Shown here piece by piece: positions 25,092-38,113 of a stretch of 64,000 nucleotides of DNA. Numbering within the stretch: the stretch's first letter is position 1; each line of letters starts with the position of its first letter. The stretch lies in contig NC_052164.1 of the NCBI RefSeq assembly GCF_902713615.1, positions 81,381,830 through 81,445,829 of the forward strand. Reading direction: 5' to 3'. The stretch comes from Scyliorhinus canicula (Eukaryota). The notes under the pieces are model-generated. The model saw only the letters and a list, made by a program, of their open reading frames with translations, was not told where the DNA came from and did not search any database. The position numbers and the translations under genes are program-made.

Positions 25092-25811
25092 GGGCGAAAT
25101 TCTCCCCCCCCCACGACGGGTGGGAGAATAGCGGGAGGGCCTTCCCGACTTTTTTGACGCCCTCCCGCTATTCTCCCCCCCCCCCCGAAATCCCGACACG
25201 AATCGCTGCCGCCGTTTTTTTACGGCCGGCAGCGATTCACAGCTGTTAGAAGGGCCGAAGTCCCAGCCCTTTACGACCTTTTTACGAACGGCAAACACAC
25301 CTGGTCCTGCCATTCGTAAAAACGTCGTGACCACCTGGAAAAAAATAACCATGGCACCGATTGGCACGGCAGTACCACGGCAGTGCCAAGGGTGCCATGG
25401 GCCCGCGATCGGTGCCCACCGATCGCGGGCAGCGGGCCCGATGCCCGCGCACTATTTGTCCTTCCGCCGCCCCGCAGTATCAATACGCGGGGCGGCTGAG
25501 GGGCAACCCGGACCGCGCATGCGCGGGTTTCGCGCAAAAACGCGATGACGTCACCCGCGCATGCGCGGGTGGAGTCTTCCCACCTGCGCATGCGCGGCTG
25601 ACGTCATATGACGCGTCAGCCGGCGCTAAGTCCGACAAGCGGGCTTAACGATTTTCGTTAAGCCCGACTTGTCGGGGCCTCCGACGTCGGGCTGCTAGCC
25701 CCGACGGGGGACCAGAATCGGTCCCCCGTCGGGAAGGGGCGCGATGCCGTAAAACCCGCCCGGGTTTTACGGCAGTTTGACGATTTCTCCCGTTTTGGGA
25801 GAATTTCGCCC
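25092..25811 (+). mobile_element. PIF/Harbinger-type MITE, copy 1 (hairpin-array element)
   Basis: 15-bp TIR GGGCGAAATTCTCCC, 3-bp TSD AAT, no transposase, near-identical to 26581-27302 and 41899-42623. Confidence 0.88.
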
Positions 25812-25889
25812 AATACTTCTCATCAAATCTCAAAAGGTCTCACTAAGAATGTTGCTTTATGTTAACAATTACTGTCAAGTTTGCATATA

Positions 25890-27480
25890 AACACCATAAA
25901 CTAAATTATTTATTCAACAAATTATATATACATGCTATTATTCTTTATTCAGTAAATTATACACACACACCATAAATTCTTGTCTTTATTAAATAAATTA
26001 TACACACATTCTTATATATACACATACATTTGACCAGCGCAGACCCGATGGGCCAAAGGGCAGCACGGTAGCACAAGTGATTAGCACTGTGGCTTCACAG
26101 CGGCAGGATCCCAGGTTCGATTCCTTGCTGGGTCACTGTCTGTGCGGAGTCTGCACGTTCTCCCCATGTGTGCGTGGGTTTCCTCCGGATGCTCCGGTTT
26201 CCTCCCACAGTCCAAAGGTGTGTGGACTAGGTGGATTGGCTATGATAAATTGCCCTTAGTGACCAAAAAAAGGTTAAGAGGGTTTATTGGGTTACGAGGA
26301 TAGGGTGGAAGTGAGGGCTTAAGTGTGTTGGTGCAGACTCGATCGGCCAAATGGCCTCCTTCTGCACTGTATGTTCAATGTTCTGTGCTGCTGACCTCCA
26401 TGACATCATAAACTATATTCTTTATTCTATAAATTATACATACACGCCATCAACTATATTATTTATACAATGTATTTTATGTTCATACCATAAACTATAT
26501 TCCTCATCTAATGAATTATACATACACACCAGAAACTATATTATTTACACAATAAATTATACATACACACCAGACACTATGGGCGAAATTCTCCCCCCCC
26601 CACGACGGGTGGGAGAATAGCGGGAGGGCCTTCCCGACTTTTTTGACGCCCTCCCGCTATTCTCCCACCCCCCCGCCGAAATCCCGACACGAATCGCTGC
26701 CGCCGTTTTTTTACGGCCGGCAGCGATTCACAGCTGTTAGAAGGGCCGAAGTCCCAGCCCTTTACGACCTTTTTACGAACGGCAAACACACCTGGTCCTG
26801 CCATTCGTAAAAACGTCGTGACCACCTGGAAAAAAATAACCATGGCACCGATTGGCACGGCAGTACCACGGCCGTGCCAAGGGTGCCATGGGCCCGCGAT
26901 CGGTGCCCACCGATCGCGGGCAGCGGGCCCGATGCCCGCGCACTATTTGTCCTTCCGCCGCCCCGCAGTATCAATACGCGGGGCGGCTGAGGGGCAACCC
27001 GGACCGCGCATGCGCGGGTTTCGCGCAAAAACGCGATGACGTCACCCGCGCATGCGCGGGTGGAGTCTTCCCACCTGCGCATGCGCGGCTGACGTCATAT
27101 GACGCGTCAGCCGGCGCTAAGTCCGACAAGCGGGCTTAACGATTTTCGTTAAGCCCGACTTGTCGGGGCCTCCGACGTCGGGCTGCTAGCCCCGACGGGG
27201 GAGCAGAATCGGTCCCCCGTCGGGAAGGGGCGCGATGCCGTAAAACCCGCCCGGGTTTTACGGCAGTTTGACGATTTCTCCCGTTTTGGGAGAATTTCGC
27301 CCTATGTTCCTTATTTAATAAATTATACATACACACCAGAAACTATTATTTATCCTATAAATTGTACATACAGACCATGAAGTGTATAATTTATCCAATA
27401 AATTATTCATATACACCAAAAACCATATTATTTATTCAATAAATTATACATACACACCATAAGCTACATTATTTGTCCAG
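25890..27480. repeat. ~41-bp AT-rich minisatellite (aaactatattatttattcaataaattatacatacacaccat), interrupted by a V-SINE and MITE copy 2
   Basis: Degenerate units at 25890-26025, 26405-26580 and 27303-27480. Confidence 0.8.
26581..27302 (+). mobile_element. PIF/Harbinger-type MITE, copy 2
   Basis: Same TIRs; TSD TAT (26578-26580 / 27303-27305). Confidence 0.88.
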
Positions 27481-28191
27481 AACTTGAAAGGTTAATTAAA
27501 ACAGGAGTCATTGAACTGGTTACCACCTGTGATTGGAAAACACAACAGTTCCTGTGTTAAAGCATGATGGTTCAGTAATAATATGTGGGAATTTTTCAGA
27601 GATCCGTAGTTCTAAATTCTGAGTGGGCTGTCTATTGTGCAATGTTACCCAGATGACATTCTTATTACAGGTTCAAATGTCGAAGAACATGGAATGAATT
27701 TGGAAGCTACTCTAGCACAAAGTCATAGGAAGCTACTCAAGCATAAAGTGACTTTATGCAAAGTCACAATCTCGGAGAGTCAAAAAAGAAAAGTGTGAAT
27801 TCATTAAGTCTTCTATTAACTATCTGGGTCATATTGACAAAGACGGTTTACATAAAGAATATAAAGAAGGTGGCTGAGATCCTAGGAGCACCACGCCCGC
27901 AGAATATGACGTAATTGAAGTCATTTTTAGGATTGCTCAATTATTATGGCAAAATCATTCCTAACATAGCAACGCGGCTGAAGCAACGGCACACTTCACT
28001 TTGTGCCAAACAAGCTTGGCATTGGAATGAAAAATGTGAAAATACTGATCAAAATGTCAAAGATGTTTTTAAAAGGTCGGAGTTATTGGTCCGTTACAAT
28101 CCAAAGCTGAGCTTACAGCTAGCTGGCAATGCATAACCCATGAGGTTGGCACAGCTGTCTCCCATGTAATGACCTCAGGAGAGGAATGAAT

Positions 28192-31100
28192 ATCTTTTTC
28201 GGCGCAAGAAGGCTCCACCATTACCTTTATGGACATCCATTTCCTTGGATAGCCATCTTGCCGTGGTGTAGAGGCTTGACTGTTCTATTGATGCCAAGAG
28301 AAATGCCATCGGGAATATTAAACTCCTGGCTGGGTCACCAATGACAGGTTGGTGGGGTCGAACCAGATAAAGCGCAATTCAAAACAAGTCCTCAAAGGCG
28401 GATGGGAGATGTTTGTATGGTATCAACCGCTGCGATGGCGGATGAAGGCTGCAGCAGTGGGGAGATCCCCAGTCGTCGAGGCCCTCTTGCCACTGGAACT
28501 GGACCTAGCCTCTGTCAAGGAAATTGTATCTGCTGATGTACAATGGCATACAGATATTAAAAGATATCCCACACTAGGCGTCTACTTAGAGGAAACTAAC
28601 ACATCCCATACACAGACAAACCTTGTGGCGGTCGGTGAGCAGTGACGGGGACAGGACCAGGAAATCTGGAAGTCCCCAGCTTTGGACCGGCAAGTAGACG
28701 GTGGAGTTTGATTCAGTCGTTTCACTCTTGGAAAATGAACAGGAGATCGTTTTGGCAGCTTTTTTTTTTACAACTGAGCATCCCTCTTCAGGATCCACTC
28801 TGCTCATCCCGCGTGAGGAAAGGTGCTCCAAAAATAATCTGTTCTGCCTCTGTTCCAACTTGGCTGGAAAACTGCTTTCAGCAGGCTCATCTACCTGCAG
28901 TCAGAAAATCTAAGTTAAGCTCAATTTCAGAACCTGGGATGTACGAACCCTCATGGATAATATGCAAAACAATTGACCGGAGTGGAGAACTGCCCTTGTT
29001 GCCCGTGAACTCAGGCACTTCAACAATGATGTCGCTGCCCTGCAAGAGACCTGAAGAGCAGGTGAAGGGCAGCTGAGGGAAGGTGACAGTGGTTACACCT
29101 TCCTCTGCAGAGGGAACCCAAGGATCAGCCCAGGATGCATGGAATTAGATTCGCCATCAAGAACAAATGCATCAACTAATTTTCCGACCTCACTGTCGGC
29201 ATCAACAATCACCTCATGCCCCTCCGTCTACAACTTGCCAAGATTCAGCAGACAACGGTCATGCATGCCATTGCCCAGTCCTTGATGAGTCCAAAGAAGG
29301 CTTCTAGTCCACCTTGGACACCATACTCTCCAACATTCCTAAGGAAGATAAGATTATTGTCCTTGGGAATTTCAATGCCAAGGTTGCAAAGGTCTTGCTG
29401 TTCTGGAAAGTAACGATGGAAAGGAAGGAGTTGGGAATTGCAACTCCAACGGGGTTCTCCTGCTTACCAAATGGGCGAACACCATTTTGGCATCACTAAC
29501 ACACTGTTCCACCAAAAAGACAAGTTCAAGAATTCCTGAAGACATTCACGATCAAAGCACTGGCGCATGATTGAGTTCGTCATCGTCCGATCCTGAGACC
29601 TAAAGGATGTCCTCATCATCAAATGATGACCAGTGCAAATGACTGCTAGACAGACCACTGGCTCATCTGCTCCTTGATTTCCATCAAACTCCACCAGACG
29701 CAGCGTAAGATGAAGAACCAGCTCAGAAAAAAGATCAACATTGAGGGGCCTTAAGAGCCAAGCATACTTGTGAACTTCCCAATGTATCCTCCAAAATCGC
29801 TAAAGTGTTCACTCTAATGGAGTGTAGGAAAACTGGAAAGAGCTGAAGACAGCCACTATCTCAAACTGTGAAGAACCATGGACTACAAGACCAGGAAATA
29901 CCAAGAGTAGTTTGATGAGAACGACCACACCATCTAAGACCTCATCAACACTCTCTGCACTTGGCAAAACAGCATTACCAGCAAGGCAGAGAGGAGAACT
30001 CATCAAACAGCAATGGTGGAGGTACAAAGAAACACTAGGGAAATCAAGACCCAATGTTGGACTGAGAAAGCTAAGAAGCTGTAACTTCTCACTGACAAGC
30101 ATGACATCCGGAGCTTCTTCAGTGGCACCAAGGCAATATAGTGACCCAATACATTAGACCTCAAAGCGGTGTGGAGTAAGGATGGAGCCCTCTTGAGAGA
30201 CAAAGAAAACATCAGTCTTTGATGGAGAGAACACTTCATAGATTAGGACTTGTTTGAGGAGATCGCCCAACTCCCAATCAAAGATGAACTTGGACTCTCA
30301 CCAAGTGTGGATGAAGTCGAAGCCAGCATTAAGCAGATGAATAATGGAAAAGCCGCATGAGCAGAAGGAATACCAATGGAGATTTTCAAACTTGGATGAG
30401 ATGAGATCAACTGTCATCTCTATCAGCTGTTCCTAAAAATCTGAGACAGAGAAGAAATTCCTGCCGACCTCAGCGATGGTGTCATCCTCGCGGAAGGAGA
30501 CAAAGTGGACTGTGAACTACTGAGGAATCGCCCTACACTCCATCACAGGGATTGCCCGAATCCTCGCTAGTCGCCATCTCCCAGTCTCAGAAGAAATCCT
30601 TTCGGAAAGCAGTGTGGCTTCCGACCAAACTGTTGAACAGCGGACATAATTTTCACTGCTCAACAATTTTAAGATAAATGCCAGGAGCAACATCACCACC
30701 CAACATGGCCTTCATCGATCTGATGACTCAGTCAATTGGGAAGTGCTATGGAAGACCCTGTCAAAGGTCGGCTGTCCAGAGAAATTCATCAACATCCTCC
30801 GACTCTTCCACGACAAGATGTCGGTGACAATCCTCCCCGATGGAAATAAGACATCTTATTTTCTCCATCTTCGTCACCACCATCCTTCACCTTGTCAAGA
30901 ACAAGCTTCCCAGCGGACAGGCATTGTCTACAGGATGGACGGAAAACTTTTCAACCTCAACCGGTTGAAATCCAAGAAGGAAATGACACTAACATTGCTT
31001 GTGGAACTTCAGTATGCAGATGACACCGCTATACCCACCTTATCAGAAGAGAATCTCCAAGCCATGCTTGACACCTCCACGGAAGCATCCTGAAGAATCG

Positions 31101-32723
31101 GTCTCAGCCACAACCACAAGAAGATTCAAGTCCTTTACCAACCTGCCCGAGGACAATATCTGGTCTCTTACTCCATCGAGATCAGTGGAGAAACCCTACC
31201 AAATGGGAAACATTTCCCCTACCTGGGGAGCCACTTCTCATCTAAGACTGACATCGATGCTGAGATCCAACATTGTATCAAATCCGCGAGCACCTCTTTC
31301 GGACGCCTAAGGGCAAGAATCTTTGACGACCACGACATTCATGCTGACACCAAGATCCTCGTGTACAAGGCAGTCTTCCTCCAAACTCGGCTATATGTCT
31401 CAGAAACTTGGACTACATACAGACACTAAGGCACTGGAGTAGTACCATCAACATTGTCTGAGACGGATTCTCTGCATCAGCTGGGAGAACCAGCAAACTA
31501 ACATCAGTGTCCTTGAAGGAGCCAGAAGCACCAGCATCAAGGCAGCGATGATCCAAAACCAACTCCACTGTGAAGAGGTATATTTAGGTTTAAGAAGGTA
31601 GATTTAGGTATTATGAAGTGGATTTCGATATGAATCTATTTATTAGTTTTAAATAAAACGCAAGGGCTCATATGAGCGCCTGCTTGCAGATACAATGTGG
31701 TGGCTGCAGACATATACCTTCAGGCCATTGCTATGGCAACAGATATAACTCCCAAGGACTTGTATGCCTGCACACATAAAGTTAATTGGTGCCAGGCAGT
31801 TGCTGTTCACGTGATCATCATAGAACACAGGACAATGGAAGGGAGTCTGGGGACAATAACTCAGGCGTATACTTAATCTAATAACTGTCTGGAAGTTTGT
31901 CGATAAATAGAGGCATCTATGCGCCTGCCGATATTATAATATTATGTACATGCCTTGATTATGATTGGTAACTATACTCATTTGTAATGTATTATGTAAT
32001 CCTAATTATTAATTGTGAGTGGACCTAGATAATGTTTGAACAAATGTATTCTTTTGATTGGTGTTTGTTAATTACTTCAGATAACAGGGAAAAGTATAAT
32101 TGACCTGTATTTGCTGTGCCCAAGAAGTTGGCAAGTCATCTAGTGATAGCTCAGCTTATATTTTATTGCTATAGCTTGCAACAAAAGTTTAAACTGGAGT
32201 TCAACTATAAGTGTCATCTGGTCAGTTGGAGAGCGAAGTACGCTATAGTTGAAAAGCTACTGCCGAAATTCCCGCAACAGCTGGGCCGGCCATGTACTTA
32301 GTTAGGATTTCACAGTTTCGACTGCCAAAGCAAAACTTGTTTTCCCAGCTCAAGGAAGGCGCTTTAACTAAAGGAGGACAAAAGATTCACTTCAAAGACA
32401 TCCTGAAGGCCTACCTCAAGAAATGGAACAAAAGTGACTTAAAAGCTTGGGAGACTCTTGCTCAGAAGAGACCTACTAGGAGGAACCTCCTGATTGAAGG
32501 GACACAATTCTTCGAGAGCTCGCCACGGCAAGAGGAGGCCTGGAAAAGGAGCTTGAGAAATAAATACCAGCAATTTGGAGTCCAAGGACCGACCCCAGCT
32601 CCAGGTTTGGGCACATCAGCCACACAAGGACCCACAGAACTCAATACCAGTAACACAGAGTTTCTTAGGTTTTTTTAGGTGGACAATCATACTCGTTAGC
32701 AAGTGATCGCCAAAGAAGAAGAA
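28192..32723 (+). mobile_element. RTE-clade LINE, near full length and decayed
   Basis: APE start (..GTW.VRTLMD at ~28925), IIVLGNFNAKV, RT ELQYADD (~31010), QL.WAGHV, (GAA)n tail at 32714-32723. Confidence 0.85.
31571..32279 (+). mobile_element. Solo LTR inserted in the RTE LINE
   Basis: TG..CA ends, 4-bp TSD actg/gctg; removing it restores the RTE motif QL(R)WAGHV. Confidence 0.75.
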
Positions 32724-33758
32724 ATCGATAATTTTACTCTTTTGGCTGGCCTTCGACCCTGAGCTACAACCTTTGGGCCGCATAAGGGTAGTCCTTTAGC
32801 AGCTGGTTGATTGCACAGATGGTCTTTGATTTTATTTTCAGCGCATGATTATGGTATCTAGTATGCTAAGTCAGAGCAGCAAGCAAATGAGGACACTTTA
32901 TTCAGACTGCCGCTGCAAGTCAAACAGGAATCTGAAGAAAATTTCATAAATTCCTTACATCTCTTTCACGTGGACAATGTACCGGTGACCTCATCTCAAG
33001 TACAGAAGTATATAAGAACGGATCCAATGATGGGGATGGTTATGGATATAAAACAAAAAGCTATGTTAACAAATGTGCAGTGAAAGAATCCAGACCTCAA
33101 GCCCGACATCACGAGGTGACTTGAGTTGACAATTCACAGTGGAGTTCTGCTGTGGGGTTTTCGAGTGATAATTCCTCCGTGCCTGCGTAATAGAATCCTT
33201 GATCGGCTACATGAAAGTCATCCTGGTGTGGTTAGGATGAAGGAATTGGCGTTCAGTTATTTTTGGTGGCCGGGATTAGATGCCAAAATTGAGGAGAAGG
33301 TGGGGTAATGCCAACTACAGAAAGGAATACTGCACCACTGCAACCTTTGCATCCATGGGAAAGGCTGATAGCCATGGCAGAGAATCCTTATCGACTATGC
33401 AGGGCCAACTGAGGGGCATATGTGATGGTCAACGCACAAATACCGAACAAATAATTGCGAAAACAGCTGAGGCATTTACAAAGTTCGGAAGGCCAGAGCA
33501 ACTTGTGAGTTATATTGGGACTCAATTTACTTCAACAGTGAGTTTGAAGATCACTTAAAGGGGATAGGCATGCACCATATTAAATCTGCTCTGTATCACC
33601 CAGCAACCAAAGGGTTGGCCGAAAGATCTGTGCAATCGCACAAGCAAGCAGTAAAGTCAACAGGAAATCATCGCTCTTTATCTTGACATGTTAGCAACTT
33701 TCTAATGTCGTATAGAAATTCCACACATTCAACCTTGCAATGTCCTTTGTTACCTTAC

Positions 33759-34143
33759 TGTAGTGTGTTTGGTAGCACTACTGTGTGCATGTTGCGTTAC
33801 TCAACCCAGTTGCTGAAGAGGCTTTCTGTACCTTGATGAAGAAAACTCGAAGTCGTCCAGAGGTATTGAAAGGTTTATTGAGTAACTAAGTTAACAACTG
33901 CGTGAATTCTTTACTTTAAGATCAATACCCGTAGAAAGGTTACAAAGTCTATACGCAGCAGCTATGTCTGACCACACTAGTCACCCTGAGCTAAATCAAT
34001 GCTCCTGCTCTCGTCACAGTCTAATCACTAAGAGGGAGAAGAGCTGCTTGCGCCTGGCTTTTACACCCGCCAGTGCTGCCCTCTAGTGATTTTCCAATTT
34101 CCCATTAACCCCTTATGTACATGCACACACAAAGATCACTACA
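33759..34143 (-). mobile_element. Solo LTR within the Gypsy integrase
   Basis: Terminal inverted repeats TGTAGTG...CACTACA; AATAAA on the minus strand at ~33875. Confidence 0.6.
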
Positions 34144-34904
34144 AAATGTTCACCAGCGATGCTACTTTCAACAGGAAATTGAGATCGCAGTTCAACCACT
34201 TGGCGCCACCTACAACTTTGAAAATTTTCCGGTGAAAGTATCAAATACAAATGGTTAGATACAGCAAAACTCTAAGAGTAGAGTGTTTAGCCATGGGAAA
34301 TGAGTTTAGATGGGAACTATACCTCGAGTGAAAAATGGACTCGAGCCATCATTTTAGCGAAGACAGGTCTGATATTTACCTGATGTTCAAACTATCGATG
34401 GATGAGTTCGGCATCGGCATGCTGACCAGTTATTAGCTTCACAAAGTGAATGTACAGAGTCTTCACAAGAGATAATCACATCAGAGTGTATGGACAGTGA
34501 GATGACAGAACTGAGGTCCACTACTGCAGAAACTACTAAATCTGTCACTACAGAATCGTCAGTGCCACTAACAAGTGAACAGGAAGACAGGTGACACAGT
34601 GGTTAGCACTGTTGCCTCATAGCGCCGGGGACCTAGTTTCAATTCCGACCTCGGGTGACTCTGTCTGGAGTTCGCACATTCTCCCCGTGTCAGTGTGGTT
34701 TTCTCTGGCTGCTCCGGTTTCCTCCCACAGTCCAAAGATGTGCAGGCGAGGTGGATTGGCCATCTTAAATTGCCCCTGAGTATCCAAAAGGTTAGGTGGG
34801 GTTACTAAGTTATGGGGATAGGGTGGGGCTCTTTCAGAGGGGTGGTGCAGACTCGATGGGCTGAATGGCCTCCTTCCGCACTCTTCTATAATTCAATGAA
34901 ACTC

Positions 34905-35215
34905 TTAAAAGGCTTTCGACAGAAGTGACAAGGGTAACTCGGGGAGAGAATTTAAGGAGCAGTAATACACTGAATCGGGACTGATGGTGCAGAGTAAGGG
35001 TTAAGCTAGAATTGTTTCACTTCGTTTTGAGCAGGCAGTTGAGATAGAATAAAGAATTGAAAATAAGGATGTGAACTTTGAATATGATACATTGGGATGA
35101 CTGGAACTTAGTGGAACATGAAAGAAACAGAAGGCTGGTGGGAGTGCTGGACTTTGTATGGACACAGATTTTGTACAGTGGAGTTTGTAAACAGGAGGGC
35201 ATTTGAGAATTCAGT
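34905..35215 (-). mobile_element. L2 LINE 3' fragment
   Basis: Minus frame KICVHTKSSTP..LSCS....QCIIFKVHILIFNSL, L2-like C-terminus. Confidence 0.45.
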
Positions 35216-36490
35216 TTTATAGGTATTGATGTTAATTAGGGTTTCAGCATTGGAAAGAGGGCGTTTACAGGAGTGTTTCAAAGGTGGAGCAATGTACTCC
35301 TGGCAGATGCGATGGATGGAAATATGTTTTTCTGGGGGTTGAGAAGGATTTTGTGATTGTGGAAAATTGGAGGCACCCATGGATTTTGCTGGTGTTCAGA
35401 TGGAGGTTTTCTGTTGCTCAGCCAATTGGTTAGAATGGCCATGGAAAAAATTCTCATTCCTTGAATATGTGCGCACTAGGAATGCCACTATTGACAAAGA
35501 TATCCACACACCCAGGAAGCAAGTTCTGTCTCCAACTGACTCCATGATCCTGCCTGGAAGCATCATAGGCTTTCAGCTGAAAATTAAAGTCAAACTCTCT
35601 AACAGGCCTTTGCCTTTACCCTCTTGCCGTTTGGCATAGAATCCTATGTCTGCCACAGGTGCCATATAAAAACCCTGGAATGCTGACCCCAATGACATCC
35701 GGAGGTCCATCAAGAGAATTCAGCCATGGGACAAAATCACAAACAACAAGGTCCTTCATTGGATTGGGTTCCACAGCATGAAGACCAACCTCAGAAATTT
35801 CAACTTGGACAGGCAGGCCATGTCTTCCACATGGATGACCTCTATGGGAAACTGTCTCAGGTCAAACATCAAAGTGGTCAGTTGAAACGATATAAGGACA
35901 CCCTAAAAAAAAAAGAGCGATGTGAATTGCTGCATTACAGACCATCTCTCTTGGGAAAGACTGCAGCTGAGTGATGGATGGGGAGGCAAGTGTTGAATCA
36001 ATGGCAGTGAAGTCAGTAGTTTTAGCAGACTTGAGTGTCACTGGCACATAAGAACATTTGCCCTGTATTTGCGAATGATGTGGCCAAGGGATAGCACCTA
36101 TCTGATTAACCAGAAAATCCTTGAATGTTACAGCGCAAGAGGCTATTTGGCCCATGATACCTGTGCTGGCAAGGGACAAAAGAAGGATCCCAGGTGCGTG
36201 GATTCAGGACCAATCATTACAATAATAAGTAAATATTATTAAAAGCGCATTTAGTCTATTCAGATTTATTTTTGTTTGCCCATGAGGATGAGAGATGTCT
36301 AGTCCTGGGGAATGGAATATTGTGGATCTGAAGCAATTCTCTGTAAGTGTAACAGGATGGGAGTGCTCCCCTTCCATTGGACCAGCTGTATATCATTTCA
36401 ACCAACTGCACCAGTGTAGTTTCACTCATTTTCCTTACTCACCCATGTTTTATCTCCTCACTGGATTACCAAACCAGTATTCTGCCTTCC

Positions 36491-37890
36491 TTTTTAAAAA
36501 AATGTATTTTATTACAAACATGTATCAAATCAGGTTACAGCGAACAAACACCCCGGGAAACATGCTTCCCAAGAACCAACTATATAGTCTGTTCAGATTT
36601 TTCCCTTTTTTCACCCCCCTCCCCCATGACGAGCAGCCCCTCAAACACAGTCACAAACACCGCCCATCTTTCCTCAACCCCCCTGAAGAGCCCCATAACT
36701 CATACTTTATCTTTTCTAATCACAGGAAGTCATACAGGTTACCCAACCAAACCGCTACCCACGGTGGCGATGCTGACCGCCACTCCAGCAAAATTCGCTG
36801 CCGTACAATCAGAGAGGTGAAGGCCAAGACATCAGCCTTCCTCCTCTCCATGAGCTCTGGCATCTCTGAAACCCCAAATATCGCCACCAAAGGGTCCGGG
36901 TCCACCTCCTCCTTCACTATCCTGGCTAAGACTGCAAACACTCCCGCCCAGAATCTTTCCAATTTTTCGCAACCCCAAAACATGTGCGCGTGATTTGCTG
37001 GCCCCCTCACTCACACTCATCTGCTACCCCCTGAAAAAACCCACTCATTCTCAGCCGAGTCATATGCACCCTCTGCACCACCTTAATTTGTATCAGGCTC
37101 ATCCTTGCACATGAAGAGGTCCCGTTTACCCTCCGCAGTGCCTCACTCCATGCTCCCCAATTAATCTCCCCTCCCAAAGCCGCTTCCCATTTCTCCTTGA
37201 TCTTCACCACCCGCTCGCCTCCCTGCACCCCCAGCCACTTGTATATATCCCCAATTTTTCTCTCCCCTTCCACATCCGGGAGCAGCAGTTGCTCCAGCAG
37301 GATGTATCCCGGCTACCTAGGGAGCCCCCTCCAGACCTTTCGTGAAATGTCCCTAACCTGCAGATACCTGAACTCATACCCCCTCGACAGTTCTACCCTC
37401 TCCCTTAGCTCTCCAGACTGTCAAACTATTCCTCCAAATATAGATCCCTCACCTTGACCAGCCCCACTTCCCTCCACCTCCTGTATACACTATCCATCCC
37501 ACCTGACTCAAATTCATGATTCTCGCACAGCGACGTTAGCACTGACATCTCTTCCACCCTAAAATGCCTCCTCAACTGATTCCATATCTTCACTGTGGAC
37601 TGCACCACCGGGCTCCTTGAATACCTACTTGGAGCCATTGGCAACACTGCCATCACCATAGCCCTCAAACTAGACCCCTCACAAGATTCCTCCTCCATCC
37701 TAACCCACTCCACCCCTTCTCCTTCCCACCACCGCTGCACCTTGTCCACATTCGCCGCCCAATAATAATGAAGTAAGTTCGGAAACGCCAACCACCCTGC
37801 TGCCTCTGCCTCTGTAGCAGAGTCCTCCCCACCTTCGGCACCTTCCCCGCCGATACAAAGTCAGAAATGATTGTGTCCACTTTCTGAAAA
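36491..37890 (-). mobile_element. L1-clade LINE, 3' portion of ORF2
   Basis: LAFPNLLHYYWAA; C-terminal CCHC (CE..RGPANHAHMFWGC); aataaaa plus A-rich tail at ~36491-36512. Confidence 0.85.
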
Positions 37891-38019
37891 AAACAGCCTT
37901 GTGACTTCCTGTGTACTAAGCATCCGCGCATGGCATGGAGAGTACAGTGCCTTGTGGAACCAGTGTTCCTGCTGCTGTCTGAATATTACAGCTGCTACAC
38001 ATCACGGTTGGAATTCTTA

Positions 38020-38113
38020 AAATAAACACCGGGAATGCTGGAAATGTACAGCAGGTCGGTCACCACCTGTGGAAAGAGAAACAGAGTTAATCTTTCAGGT
38101 TGTTACCTTTCAT
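38020..38113 (-). mobile_element. Penelope-like terminal fragment (other copies 41210-41315 +, 43785-43885 +, 44270-44375 -)
   Basis: Recurrent ctctctccacagatgctgccagacctgctg motif preceded by a hairpin plus GAAA, typical of fish PLE ends. Confidence 0.55.

Larger units (their letters stand above)
27485..34580 (+). mobile_element. Decayed Gypsy pol (RT-RH-IN), split by an RTE LINE and an LTR
   Basis: LKSFLGLLNYYGK (27915); HESHPGVVRMKELA.SYFWWPGLD (33200-33280); YHPATKGLAERSVQ (~33590). Canonical RT-before-IN order. Confidence 0.75.

Noticed and set aside
24750-25833. Multiple 60-205 aa ORFs in the MITE copies (also 26577-27336 and 41560-42853)
   Set aside because: Expected in GC-rich palindromic DNA; no transposase or other motif, and frames differ between copies.
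36295-36993. 232-aa plus-strand ORF
   Set aside because: Antisense to L1 ORF2 and its 3' UTR, with no recognisable domain.
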